A DNA stretch of 64,000 nucleotides from Malacoraja senta (GCA_038087875.1 CM075989.1:1116001-1180000); one strand, 5' to 3'; shown: positions 23,577-37,004, counted from the first letter of the stretch. Notes: generated from the sequence alone by a model not told the origin. Translations and numbers: made by a program.

Positions 23577-26500
23577 AATAGTAAGATTAAACGAGAACTT
23601 ATCAGTTTGAAGTTTGATCTTTATTTTATGAGGAGTTACGTTGGTGATTACGTGAAGAAGCCCCGCCAGTTCGCATGCGCATCAATCTTCAAAGCAGCGG
23701 TGTGAAATCACAGGTAACAGTAATTGAAGTAACATAGTAAGATCAGAAACTTGAGAAATACCAGATGACCTTTGTGAGAGAGGGTTTGGAGTGGAGGGCA
23801 CCTAATCACCAACGTAACTCCTCATAAAATAAAGATCATACTTCAAACTGGTAAGTTCTCGTTTAATCTTACTATTTTACTTCGGAGTCACGTGAGTGAT
23901 TCAAAGCTCTGTGATTTCATGCCGTAGATTCAAATCCCAGCGTCTCACTGCATCGATTGACTCAGGATGAGTGAATAATCAACAATGCATTATACATTAC
24001 ATTGATTTAAATGTATTAATGGTTTACAATAATAAAGAAAATCAATAGCAACCCCTCTATCTCAGGGGAGGCTAAAGTGGACGCAAAACAGAATGGGCAA
24101 ATAGCCCCGGGTCGGCAAATGGCCTATGGTAAAAAAAAAATTGAAAATTAATTCACTTGACCATCCTGTCGCCGTGAGGATATGGTCGATGGGAACATCC
24201 ATTGCCCTGGCCGCTGACGTTGATGCCGCCCTGGTGGAATGAGATGTAAAATTGTCAGTGTTAATACATGCATAAACCAGAACCTGCTTCAGCCACCTTG
24301 AAATAGTCTGAACCAACTTTTTCTCGTGTGGTTGTTTGTGGCTAATAAACAATGCTGATTCCACACCTCTTAGGATTCTGGTGGCCTTGATGTAATATAG
24401 CAAGCGTGCCCTCACACATAGACGTGAGTCCGTGGGGTATGCCGAAATATGATCTTAAACCCTGTCGCCCCTGGTCTGCTTTGCTTGTGTAGACCAGAAA
24501 TGTAAAACGTAATGGCATCTGCAGCCACTTCCATCCTATCTAGCCGCAGCTTTTGCAATGTCTGCACTCGTTGTGCTGATACTAGTGTCATGACTAAGGA
24601 AGTAGCTGGTCCCTGGTGAAGTATTGTTAACACAATGTCAATATCCCATACTGCCTCTACTTGTACTGGGAGAACTTGTGTTAAAGATATCGTTTACAAA
24701 CTCGATATCCAGGGTTGAAACCCAACAGAGTGGGTCCTGTGTGTTGCAGCTAATATGATGGGAAGGCACGTTTGGCACAGTTAATGGCCCTAAACTCAAT
24801 TATTGTCAGAAGACCACTTAAGAATGAACTGGAAGACGTCAGTAATCTGTACCGTATTAAATGTAACATTAACATTAAACAAAACCGCTTCCCACCTGAA
24901 TAGGGAATATACTGTTTTTTGGTGCTATCGCTGCACCCTGCAGTGAGCACATACATGGATTGATGTGACAACCTGAGCTGTAGGGCACTCTATTCAGAAT
25001 CTGCAAGTCAATAAATTGATTTTATCATGCAGAGGCTGGTTTCCTGAACCACAGTTTGAACCAGCAACGTTTTTTAGAATAACCGTATATGTTTGTATTA
25101 TTATGCCTGACAGAAGTGGGAATCATGGCTGCATAGCCAGTCAGACAGTACGAAAACTAAAGCGAAATTTTGCTGGCTTTATTTCAAGCCACGACTGATG
25201 AGGCAAAATGGAGGAAGACATAAAAGAACATTCCTCCTTCCTGTAGCGAGAATGTATCTCTCAACACTGTTATGCCACAAATTTTTGCAATCTGAATAAG
25301 CATGAAACCAACATGTCGATATTCGGTGTTTCATTGAACCATACTTTCATAAATACTTTGTGATCCAACACCTATTCTGTGTTGTCATCGATCTGAACTT
25401 GATGATACACCAGTGGCAAAGGAGATTAGGTAAATTATTACAGGATACTTTTAGTTGATTGCCATGTGACTAACATATGCCACCACCGTAGTGTATCAAC
25501 TTGAAGTTGAGCATGTAGATTATGTATATTTGCTCAATAACCCTTTACCCATGGGGTGCATCTAGTGTCTATAGCTAGTTGATTCCAATAGCTGAAGAAT
25601 TGGCAACTCATGCAAATCTCCTCCACCTCCAACCTAGAGATGACATTCGCAATTTTCCACCTTAGAGCCCTTAGCATCAGTTTGTAAAATTACTGAAATT
25701 CAACTGACCAAACTACTGGAGCAATGATGAATACTGTTTGTTCATCATTGTGACTTAGGTAGCTTCAACTGGTCATAGTATAAGCCTGTTAACAATGACC
25801 TACATGTCATATGAGAGGTTGCTACTTAGCAAGATGTCAGTTCCCAACTTGCACAGCTGAATCACAGCTACTGTATTACCAATTACTCTTGATGAATAGA
25901 ATTCAGCTTAATAACAGGATTCTATTAACTCCAATCTCATGCCACAAGGCAGAGTCATAGGCTAATTAATAGATAAAGGTAAATCCCAATGACCAACAAG
26001 TCTATTTGGTAACAACTTAAAGTTAACTGGATGGATGAGCCCAATTTCTCAAAAATAGTTTGAGGCTGAAACAGGTGATTTTAACAAAATACAGCATTAG
26101 AATATCATCCAGTCAAGACATAACAAGTGTTTTCGAACTCTGAGTCCAAACACCGATTTACTAATTAGTTAAATAACCTGGGGAAATAGTTTATCCCATT
26201 TTGCAATGTTTTACTGTTATTAGTACAGTTATCATCGCCTTTTGATAATTTCCAATGTCTCTTATGATCCCTGTAATGGAAACTGCATAGAATGGATCTT
26301 TGAGACCCTTATGAATCCGTTGTTAGTCAGTAAATAAGTTTCCTATTTGGAAAGTTCATATGCGAGTTAAACGACATTCTCCATTTTTCATAATGAACAG
26401 GCCACTCCTGCCATCATTCCATGGGTGCTTCGCACCATAACTCTGGCCCGATTTCCGAGCCTGTCTTGAAACCGACAATTCTGGCCCTAATTCCAAACTT

Positions 26501-28023
26501 ACTTGGAATGCTAGTATTGTGCAGTTTTACATGGTTAGATGCCTCTAAGCAGATGACAATGCCTTTATCCTTTGTGTGCTGTACAAACAAGTGTAAATAT
26601 TACCAACTTGTGAGTGGTCCACTTACCCATGGTTCGGAAGTGCCAGACCCAACTTGTTAAGTAGGACTGGTAGGGTGCGTGGAAACCTCTGCCCAGCTGT
26701 CATGCTGCCACCAGCTTCAGTGAACCGCTTACTGCCAATGAAGGCATGGGGTGCATTCTGAACCGATGAACCTTTGCCCACCTTTGGTCTTGATTGGTCC
26801 GACAGCTTTTGCTTCGTCCGCCAGGTTTTTGCTGTTGAATAGAGCTTACCTGAATAGACGATTCGGCGGCTGGCTCTCATATCCCCCTGATAGCGCTGTT
26901 CATTGCCGGCACACATGTGTTCCAGTACGTTCCACGGATATCTTTAGAATCTGAAGTCTGTTACATCTGACCTTTCGCGCCCCCCTCCTTAGAGAGGGCG
27001 ATTCGTAGGCAGCCCTAAACAGTTGCTGCCGCAGGCCCCTGGGGATACCTGCGCGGATACGGCCCCCAATGGACCTATACCAGGATGGAACATTCTGTTG
27101 GGATGGCAAACTTTGTTGTCAGGAAATGATACCTCTGACACGTGCCCTTCATCCCTTGAGGTATGCTCCACCGCTATACCTTCAGACTCAGCATCAGAAT
27201 TACACTGACCCGGCATGCTCTCTTCAAAGAGGGAGACATTAAGTAGCCCTGTCCCAGGCGCTGCTGGCGCGGGCTCTCCCGCAGGCCGGCGCTGTGACAG
27301 ATTCGGCGTCAGCAGTATACTGACCCGTGATGGTCTCCCCCTCCAACAGGGAGATAATAAGCAGCCCTGTCCCAGGCGCTGCTGGCGCGGCCTGTCCTAT
27401 AGGCCCGCGCTATTACAGATCCGGTGTCTGAGGTGACCTGACCCGACATGGTGTATTCAGCTCGGGGAATGCATGTCCAAATTCAATTTTAGAGTGTGGA
27501 GCTTCATCTGTAAAGGGTTAAAATGACAACAGAATCCATCCAAATACATACTTTTTTCCCGAAGGGAATCCTTGCAACCCGACTCCTCCGAGTTCAATAG
27601 GGCTGATCGATGTATCGGTGATTTCACCCCATGCCTGGGGACCACCGAACGACGATATGTCTGTGAGCCGCTGACCTGCTTGATTTGCCCTCCCGGGGAA
27701 CCACAGCAGGCTGGAAAATCACGAACCTGACATCTGCCGACTATCCGCTTTCGCGGTCAGAACCGGGGTCTCCCCACAGCCCATAGCCAGTTCACTCGCC
27801 GGAATTCGCCAATATCTAGCAGGATGCCTCTGTGAAAAGATGTTCCTGCAATAAATTCAAAAAACCTGATAAGTAATACAAACTTCCCTGAAGTTTTAAA
27901 CTTACCGCCGGCAGGAGCGATGCCCTGCCAGTCTGGTGCTTCGCAATGTGAACGACGATATGACGCGCATGCGAACTAGCGGGGCTTCTTCATGGAATCA
28001 CTCACGTGACTCCGAAGTAAAAT
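23577..28023 (-). mobile_element. DIRS1-type retrotransposon, copy B (different subfamily, indel-riddled interior)
   Basis: Same terminal sequences as copy A with subfamily changes; ICR at ~23799-23900; YR motifs SAQRVQTL, KQSRPG, FTSHSTRAAS; AAT present at both junctions. Confidence 0.93.
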
Positions 28024-28148
28024 CTACATTGAATGTGCACTAGGAGGCAGGGTTCTAGTGATAACTCCCATTAACCAGAATCCAGCCACTGATTTGCCTC
28101 AGATGTAGATGGCATTATGATCAGATGTGAATCTAGCCTCCACTGATA

Positions 28149-28364
28149 GTGTAGGAAGGAACTGCAGATGCCAATTTACACCGAAGATAGACATGAAATG
28201 CTGGAGTAACTCAGCTTGTCAGGCAGCATCTCTGGAGAAAAGCAATAGGTGAGGTTTCGGGTCAAGACTTTGGGGTTGAAGTAGGGTCTCGACCTGAAAT
28301 ATCAGCTATTGTTTTTGTTCAGAGACGCTGCCTGACAAGCTGAGTTACTTCAGCTCTTTGTGTC
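28149..28364. repeat. Penelope pLTR-derived inverted repeat (palindrome); related copies at ~30595-30795, 31140-31205, 34115-34385, 38452-38615, 50130-50390, 52920-52990, 59008-59180, 59270-59395
   Basis: Arms gctggagtaactcagc..caggcagcatctctg and its reverse complement; same sequence as the 3' end of the PLE at 50670-51312. Confidence 0.8.
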
Positions 28365-30241
28365 GATCACTGATGGAAGTGTGACAGGGTCAGATCCCCA
28401 GGGCTGTGGATTTTCTGTTAGTTGTGTGGTGTTCAAACATGGCATACAAACTGACTTGCTTACCGTCAATACCCTCCTGGACTGGTGGCCCCTGCTATCT
28501 CAGCATGTTTGTTCTGGTGCCTGTTCAAGATCTCTCTGAATAGAATCTTCTGCTCACTGTATTCAGTGGTAAACAGGTCCAAGATCAGACTGAAACCTGT
28601 AATGAATCTTCACAGCCCGCTCATCATGACCGCCGGCAATGCAATCCTTGCCCTCCTCTGAGCTCGTTGTGAGTGGAACTGTGTCTTATTTCAGTGGAGC
28701 ATTCCTAGCGAAGCACAAGGATCTTTCACATGAATCCTGTGGTAGGAGAGGGTGGTCAAGAAGGCTTTTGATACATTGGCCTTTGTCAGTCAAGGTGTTG
28801 AGTATAGAAGTTGGGACATTACGTTGCAATTGTACAAGATCTTGGTTTGGCCACATTCAGAGTATTGTGTTTGGTTATGAGCTTGGACAGGTATATCTTT
28901 AGGAAAGAGTTAGAGGGATGTGGGCCAAACGCAGGAAAATGGGATTTGCAGGGATGGGGCATCTTGGTCAGCATGGACAAATTGGGCCAAAGGGCCTTTT
29001 CCTGTGCTGTATGAGTATGACTCTTATCAGTCCTCAAAGATTCTGCATGGATACGGCCTCTTACTAACTGCCCTTCTCCTCTCCTACTCTTGAATCTCTT
29101 ACGGCATTTCATCTTATCTTCTGCGCCCCTACTTATTCCTATATTATGCTATTTTCTAGGACGTGTCTAATAACAGGAGTGAGTGGAGGAGTATTGCCCT
29201 ATTCTGGAGGTGCACCACTCCTGTAGACTGCAGGAACAGAGTCAGGAACGCTGCTCACACCCGGACTATCATGGCACCAGCCAGGAGAAATCAATCAGCA
29301 ACTCAGCCAGAAAGTAGTTGACAATTTCTTTAAATAGGTCCGAGAGGGGGATCCTTGCTCCGGTTGTGCGAGGCCAAGAGGGGGCATTAGCGGGAGCACT
29401 GAGCTCTGAAATATCACTCTGGTATCAAGTCGTCATTGATGGTAATTGATGTCACAACCTACGCACTCTAACGGACTCTGGGCTAATGCCCTTACAGGTG
29501 ATGAGTTTGATGCACCTCAAATCACTGTGTGGATCTGGTGCATTTTCTAAACCCATTTGGCAGGAAACCCTAAAGATTCACGTGGCTGATCATGGGGCCA
29601 TTTCCTGCCACTGACACAGCAGCACTAGTCCTTTTGACGTTTTGCTGTTAACATGGTTTCAGTGAAACTCTTTATCTTATCCTCTGCCACGCAGCACATT
29701 CCACGTTTAAAAGGCAATAACATTCTCTGGGACTTATCTATGACTCTACTGGGTATTCAAATCCGCAATGGCTTCTCTGGTTTAACAAGAAGCAGGGTTA
29801 CAGGGGCAGGGTAAGTACACTTTGACATTAACTCTCCCCTAAAGACAACATTGCAGAACTTGTTGCGTTTAATTTCATTTGGAGGCACTGATGGAAAAGT
29901 GTCAACACTCTTTCCCTTTGGGATTGATAAACAGCTCAGCTGGGAATGTGGTGAGCTTGTCAGCTCAGCTTTCCTGCCCTTCTCTTGTTCCTTGTTGGGG
30001 CCGCCCCTTGGTGTCCACAACTAGCTGTTTAGTGCACAGATATTTGCTATTTTGTGACCAGTGCTCATCAAAATGTTTTACAGCAGAAAATTGATACCTC
30101 CCTCTGTGCCAGAGACAAGTAAATGATGCCAAACTCTGGTATGCATGCAGTGCAGTCAGTATTGAACACAGCAGTCAGTGTTCTCTGCACTTTCAAACGA
30201 GAGAGAGCTCTCACACTTCTGCTTGAAGTCAGTCAGGAGTC

Positions 30242-30307
30242 ATGGCAGAGGTGAATGCTGCTTCGGAAAACACAACAGGCTTGGAAGTTCTGCTATCAAC
30301 ACTCAAG
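30242..30307 (+). CDS. AGBL1: AGBL1/CCP4 coding exon 1 (MAEVNAASENTTGLEVLLSTLK)
   Basis: ATG in gtcATGG context, 22 codons, AAG|gtaaat donor (phase 0); resembles the recalled AGBL1 N-terminus MAE..SGLQVLLHTLQ and joins exon 2 in frame. Confidence 0.85.
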
Positions 30308-31509
30308 GTAAATTGGGGGAATGACGCCATGAATTTTGGAGTTCCTGAATTTTTTTTCATTCAAGGTCTGATTAATTGAGGATGGTTTTTCTCAGTCATT
30401 TCAGAGGATGGAAAGATTGTTATTGACCTAATCTTCTGGGCTGGGCTATGCTTTAAATTAAAGGGACTCTGCTTAAATTAAATCAAATCCAGATTCTGCT
30501 CCTACAGATGATCCATCTCTGAAATGAAATAAACTGGTTAGAAATGGGTCAACATTCCTATTTACTGTTAAAATAAATAATCTAATCTCAAGTAGAATGA
30601 AGGAACTGCAGATGCTGGTTTACACAAAAGGACGCAAAGTGCTGGAGTAACTCAGCAGGTCAGGCAGCATCTCTGGAGGACATGGATAGGTGATGTTTCG
30701 GGGTGGGTCTGAAGAAGGGTCTGGACCGAAACATCACCTATCCATGTTCTCCAGAGATGTTGCTTGACCCACTGAGTTACACCAGCACTTGATGTTTTTT
30801 AATTCTCATCTCATGTTTGCTGAATGAAGTAGTACTTCTTTTACATGTTAAGAAATATCTAAAGTAGCATTCACTATGTACTTTTAATCTAATTGTTCTT
30901 AGTTTTGCCTAAATGTTTTTGCTATTCCTGCCCACAAAGGGAGGAGTTAGTAATGTTTTTGAGACGTATTTCTCAACATTTTAGGTTAAATAACCTTAAT
31001 TAACCACTAACTTTAAAAAGCACTAACTTTAAAAATGAGTATAGCCAAAGATTGTGGCCACAGAAAGTAGGAAGTGTTTGTGGGAGTTGTTCATCTCATG
31101 AACAAATCTTAATAATAATTGGAAACTGGCACATGCAAACACAGCGGGTCAGGCAGCATCTCTGGAAAAAAGGAATAGGTGACATTTCGGATTGAAACCC
31201 TTTTTGCATACTAATAATAATAAATCAGAGGTAATATTGTTAAAGTAAGATTAATGATCAGATGGACTACAGTAGTGAATAAGCATAGTTGGTTGAAAAA
31301 GAGAATATATGCCACTAGTTAGTGGGAAGGGAATAGCCAAAGCACTACAGGTGGCGAGGCAGAAGTGAAGAAAGAAATATATATTGGAGCTGTGGGTTTC
31401 GCAAACAGGAAGGACTTAACATTCACAGAAGTGAGCAGGATTAGTAGTGACAAAAAGGATTCAATTGTTGGGAAACATCAGGAGAGCATGTGAAAAAAGA
31501 GGAATCAAA

Positions 31510-31727
31510 TGGCGCGGCGGTAGGGTTGCTGCCTTACGGCACCAGAGACCCAGGTTCGATCCTGACTTGAGTGCTGTCTGTACGTAGTTTGCATGTAGGT
31601 TAATTGGCTTCGGTACAAATGTAAAATTGTTCCTAGTGTGTGTAGGATAGTGTTAATTTGTGGTGATCGCTGTTTGGCGTGGACTCAGTGTTTCAGCGTT
31701 GTATCTCTAAACTAAACTAGACTAAAA
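31510..31727 (+). mobile_element. HE1-type V-SINE, internally deleted
   Basis: B-box ggttcgatcc; (TAAAC)n tail. Confidence 0.82.
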
Positions 31728-32037
31728 ATGCTGAAACGTATTAAGTGAAATGGAGAAGATGTCTAATTAAATTAATTATTTCAGTAGGGACTGGATACAG
31801 CCAAACAAAAGAAGGAAATATTGAAAAAGTAGTCAAAGGAAAATTGTATTAAAAGTTGAGGTCAGACTTGTGGTTTACCTTTAGGCAGTTAACACAATAA
31901 TTACTGGAAGAAAACACCAGTTTAAGAAATATTTTAAATTACTACAAAGTAGCCTTAGGGAAATACATGTCAGGAAGACAGAGGCTGTGGAAAGGAGCAG
32001 AGCATTCACAGGAGGCTTGAAACATTTTGGGTAGCAG

Positions 32038-34014
32038 TCAGGATACAGAATAAATTGGAATAAAAGTGAAATTATGCCAATAAGGGAACATAACAAACAC
32101 ATAATACAACAATTTCCATTTAAAATAGTAAACGAAAAATTTAAATACCTAGGTATCTATGTAACTAAGATATATACATCATTATTTAAAGCAAATTTTC
32201 CCCCACTACTGAATAAACTACATAAGAATATTCAATACTGGAAAACACTTCCTATCTCAATGATTGGCAAAATTAATGCCATAAAAATGATTTTTTTACC
32301 GCAAATATTATACCTTTTTCAGACAATTCCGATATATTTGTCAAAAAACTTTTTTTTTAAATTGGACTCTATTGTTAATGATTTTATCTGGGATTATAAG
32401 AATCATAGGATAAACAAAAGACATTTGTGTAAATCAAAAATAAATGGAGGTTTGGTTTTACCCAACTTTCTGTTTTATTTTTGGGCAGTTAATATTAAAA
32501 ATATGAATTTCTGGTTGGAAGAAATAGAACAACAACCAGATTGGTTAAAAATGGAAAAGGAAGATTGTTTGCCTTTTGATATCGGTTCGATATTATTTGC
32601 TACATCTAAATTAAACAAAAAAAATTATAGGGAAAACCCTATAATATTTAGTGCCATACGAATTTGGAAACAAATAAAAAAGACATTAAAATTAGATAAT
32701 TTATCACTTTTTCTCCCAATTGTGGATAACCCTTTGTTTAAACCCTCATAGTTGGACAGGGGTTTTACACAATGGAGGAATTATGGAATTAAAAATATGG
32801 GACAACTTTATAAGGAAGGCACCTTTCTGACATTTCAGGAGTTGCAACAGACTTATGGACTTCGAGGAAATGATTATTTCAGATATCTTCAACTCAGAGA
32901 TTATGTAAAATCGAATACTCAAAACTTTCGAATTAGAAATTCAGAAATTCTTGACGAATGTTGGAATAAACATCCTAATACAGAAAAATTAATATCTTAT
33001 ATATATAATATCTTATTAGACAGTGACATTCCATCGACGGACTTACACAGACAAACATGGGAAAAAGAATTAAACCAAATAATAACGAAAGATACTTGGG
33101 AAGAAAGTTTACAACATATACATCAATGTTCATTAAATGCCAGACATTCTTTAATACAATTTAAAGTAATACATAGATTACATTATTCAAAAACAAAATT
33201 ACATAAAATCTTTCAACATATCTCACCTATATGTGATAAATGTCAACATTTAGAAGCCACCTTATCTCATATGTTTGCAAACTGTACAAAAATTAAAAAA
33301 TTCTGGGTAAATATTTTTAGTATAATATCTAAAGTGACCAGCACACAAGTGGACCCGGATCCAAAATTTATAATACTTGGAACATCAGAATTAAATCAAA
33401 CATTTACAACAACACAAAGAAACTTTATTGATTATAGTATAATAACAGGAAAAAAATTAATTCTAAAATTTTGGAAAGGCCCTACGACCCCCACAATCAA
33501 AATGTGGATTATAGAAATGACGGAGACCTTAAACGTGGAAAGAATCAGATTTTCCCTGTTGGATAAACAGGAATTATTCGTTGGAACATGGTCTCCCTTT
33601 ATTGATTATTTAAAGGGTCAGAATGGTTCAGCACGGGAACCTGACTAATGCTCGGGCTAAAAAATGGATGAAATGCTATATTCTGAAATGTACGAATATA
33701 TCTCGAATGAAGTTTTTTATTTTAATAAATTTTTCCACTCTTCTTTAACTATCTTTCTCTTTTGTTTTTTTGTGTTTTTTGGGGGTTTTTTGTGTGGTTT
33801 TTTTTTTCTCTCTTTTCTTCTTCTCTTTCTTTTCTTTCTTTACTTCATCTATCTTTTAAGTTCTATCTAGTTTAAAATTTTTAAAAAAAGGTAAAAAGTA
33901 TTGGAGACAATGTAATAATAATTGATAATATTATCATTTTAAAAATGTAAGACTGTAATGATGTTAATAGGTTGTGTACTTATCTCCAATAAAAAATATT
34001 TTCAAAAAAAAAAA
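32038..34014 (+). mobile_element. 5'-truncated L1 LINE (ORF2 C-terminal part, 3' UTR, polyA) in AGBL1 intron 1
   Basis: SGYRINWNKSEIMP, KYLGIYV, GKINAIKM, GGLVLPNF, C..C........H....C zinc knuckle; two in-frame ORFs split by a single TAG at 32749-32751; AATAAA 33988 and A tail 34004-34014. Confidence 0.93.
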
Positions 34015-34467
34015 GAAAAGGCTGGAAATAGGATGGGAGAAACTACAAAGAGCCGCGGAAAACATGGTCTCTGACAGCAAGTAGTCAGAACATAGAATAG
34101 TACAACACAGGAGCAGTGTAGGAAGGAACTGCAGATAGATGTCAGTTTAAACCAAAGATAGACACAAAGTGCTGGAGTAACTCAGCGGGACAGGCAGCAT
34201 CTCTGGAGAGAAGGAATGCGTGATGTTTCAGGTTGCGACTCTTCTTCAGACTGGTTATGCACTGCAGCTAAGAGATGCAGTTCTTCAGACTAGAGTCAGG
34301 GGAAAGGGAAACGAGTGATATGGATGGTGATGTAGAGAGATAAAGAACAAATGAATGAAAGATATGCAAAAATGTAACAGGGATAAAGGACACAGGAGCA
34401 GGCTCCTCAAGCTCGCATGGCCTTTGCCAGACATGATACCAAGTTAAACTAGTCTCTTCTGCCGCAA

Positions 34468-34780
34468 CAGGTGTTGCATCTCCCGTAATTGCAGGGGAAA
34501 GTACCTGGGGAGGGGGTGGTTTAGGTGGGAAGGCGTGAGTTTACCAGGGAGTTGCAGAGGGAACGGTCCCTGCAGAAAGCAGAAAGGGGTTGAGATGAGA
34601 AGTTGTAGCTAGTGGTGCCATCCCGTTGGAAGTGGCAAAAATGTTGGAGGATTATGTGCTGTATGCGATAGCTGATGGGGCGAAAGGTGCGGACTAGGGG
34701 GACTCTGTCCCTGTTGGATGGAGGACGGGGAGCGAAGGGAGCTGCAGGTTATGAGGCGATCCATGTGAGGGCATCATCTA
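34468..34780 (-). mobile_element. Penelope-like element linker fragment
   Basis: Minus-strand reading PLSAFCRDRSLCNSLV..PGTFPCNYGRCNTC. Confidence 0.75.
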
Positions 34781-34928
34781 TGAAGCTATTTAGAGTATTG
34801 TGTTCAATTCTGGGCACGACTTTATAGGAAAGATGTTGTCAAGCTGGTCATTGTACAGAGAAGATTTACAAAGATGTTGCCAGAACTCAGGGGTCTGAGC
34901 AGGAGGATGAGGGGTGATCTTATAGATC

Positions 34929-35950
34929 TAACTGTCTAACTGTTTCTTAAACATTGGGATAGTCCCTGCCTCAACTATCTCTTCTGGCAGTTCGTTCCAT
35001 ACACCCACCACCTTTGTGACTAAATTATCCCTCATATTCCTATTAAATCTTTTCCCCTTCACCTTAAACCCATGTCCTCTTGTCCTCGATTCGCCTACTC
35101 TGGGCAAAAGACTCTGTGCATCTTCCCGATCGATTCCTCTCATGATTTGTATACACCTCTATAAGATCATCCTTCATTTTCCTGTGCTCCAGGGAATAGA
35201 GTCCCAGTCTACTCAACCTCTCACTATAGCTCAGACCCTCTAGTCCTGGCAACATCCTCATAAATCTTCTCTGTACCCTTTCTAGCTTCAAAACATCTTT
35301 CCTATAACATGGTGCCCGGAACTGAATACAAAACTCAAAATGCGGCCTCACCAACGTCTTATACAACTGCAACATGACCTCCCAACTTCTATACTCAATA
35401 CTCTGACTGATGAAGGCCAATGTGTCAAAAGCATTTTTGACCACCTTATCTACTTGCAACTCGACCTTCAAGGAACCATGCACCTGTACTCCTAGATCCC
35501 TCTGCTCTACAACACTCCCCAAAGCCCTTCCATTCACTGTGTAGGTCCTGCCCATGTTAGACTTCCCAAAATGTAACACCTCACATTTCTCTGTATTAAA
35601 TTTCATCAACCATTCCTTAGCCCACCTGGCCAATCGATCCAGATCCTACTGCAATTTTTCACAACCATCTTCACTATCTGCAAAACCACCCACTTTTGTA
35701 TCATCTGCAAACTTGCTTTTCTTGCCATGTATGTTCTCATCCAAATCACGGATGTAGATGACAAACAGTAACGGGTCCCACACCGAACCCTGAGGCACAC
35801 CATTAGTCACAGGCCTCCAGTCCAAGAAGCAACCTTCCACCATCACCCTCAGCCAATTATCTATCCATTCAGCTATCTCTCATTCGATCCCATGCATTCT
35901 AATCTTCCAGAGAAGCCTACCAAGCGGAACCTTGTTGAATGCTTTGCTGA
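34929..35950 (-). mobile_element. HER1/CR1-type LINE RT C-terminal fragment; further fragments on + at ~35955-37000
   Basis: GVPQGSV, FADDTKVGG, KCEVLHFGKSN, LYKTLVRPH. Confidence 0.9.
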
Positions 35951-37004
35951 AGTGCTGGAAGATGGAGGGTGGCAAATAGTGATTCTCTATTTAAGAAGGA
36001 CTGCAGGGTAACGCGTCAGCTCCACAGGCCAGTGAGCCGAACAATTGTGTTTGGAAAGTTACTGGACAGTATTCTGAGGGATAAAATATACTTGCATTTA
36101 GATGGACAAGGGTTGATTAGGGATTTAGAGTATTGTTTCCGTTTTGGTCACCATGTTGAAGGAAACAGCTGTCAAACTGGTAAGGGTACAGCAAAAATTT
36201 ACAAGGATATTGCCAGGACTCGAGGGCCTTAGCTATCGGGAGAGGTTGAGTAGGCTCAGATTTTATTCCTTGGAGCGCAGGAGGATGAGGGATGATCTTA
36301 TAGTGTACAAGATCATGAGAGAAATAGAATAGGTAAATGCATAAAGTCTTTTGCCCAGAGTAGGGGCATCGAGAACCAGAGGACATAGGTTTAAGGTGAG
36401 GGGGGGGGGGGGAGATTTAGTAGAGACCTCAATGCTGTCATACATCCAAATAGGATGTTTACTGTGGTGAGTTTGTGAGATGGAGGCAGATGGAGCAAGT
36501 GTTGCAATTTGAGAGGTCAAATGCAAGGGGATAATTTTCAATTAATGACAAGATACTAAACACCATTGATGTACAGAACTATCTTCAGGTCTAAGTTGAT
36601 AAGTCCCTGAAAGTGTCAACATGAATAGATGCACTGTTAAAGAAGGTGTATGATGTGCTTCCTTGCATAGGCTGAACATATGTAGTGAGCATTGAGTGTG
36701 AGATACAACACGATGCAGCTTTTACCATCGGACTTTGGTTTGGCCACATTTGGAGTACGTTGTGCAGATCTATTTCTCCACTACAGGATGGATGTGGAGG
36801 CTTTGGAAAGGGGGCAGCAGAGGTTTACCAAAATCCAGAGGCAGATATAATAGTGCTACTTAAGAGACTTTTGGATCGGCACATGGATATGTTGGGAATG
36901 GAGTGATATGGATTATGTGCAGGCGGATAAGAGTTAATCTTGGCATCATGTTTCACACAATATTGTGGGCTAAAGGAACTGTTCCTGTGCTGTACACTTC
37001 TATG

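Noticed and set aside
29140..29340. MEF2-like A/T boxes upstream of AGBL1
   Set aside because: Imperfect matches to a short A/T-rich consensus, expected by chance
31510..31570. tRNA gene (A and B boxes)
   Set aside because: It is the tRNA-derived head of a SINE and continues into the V-domain and tail
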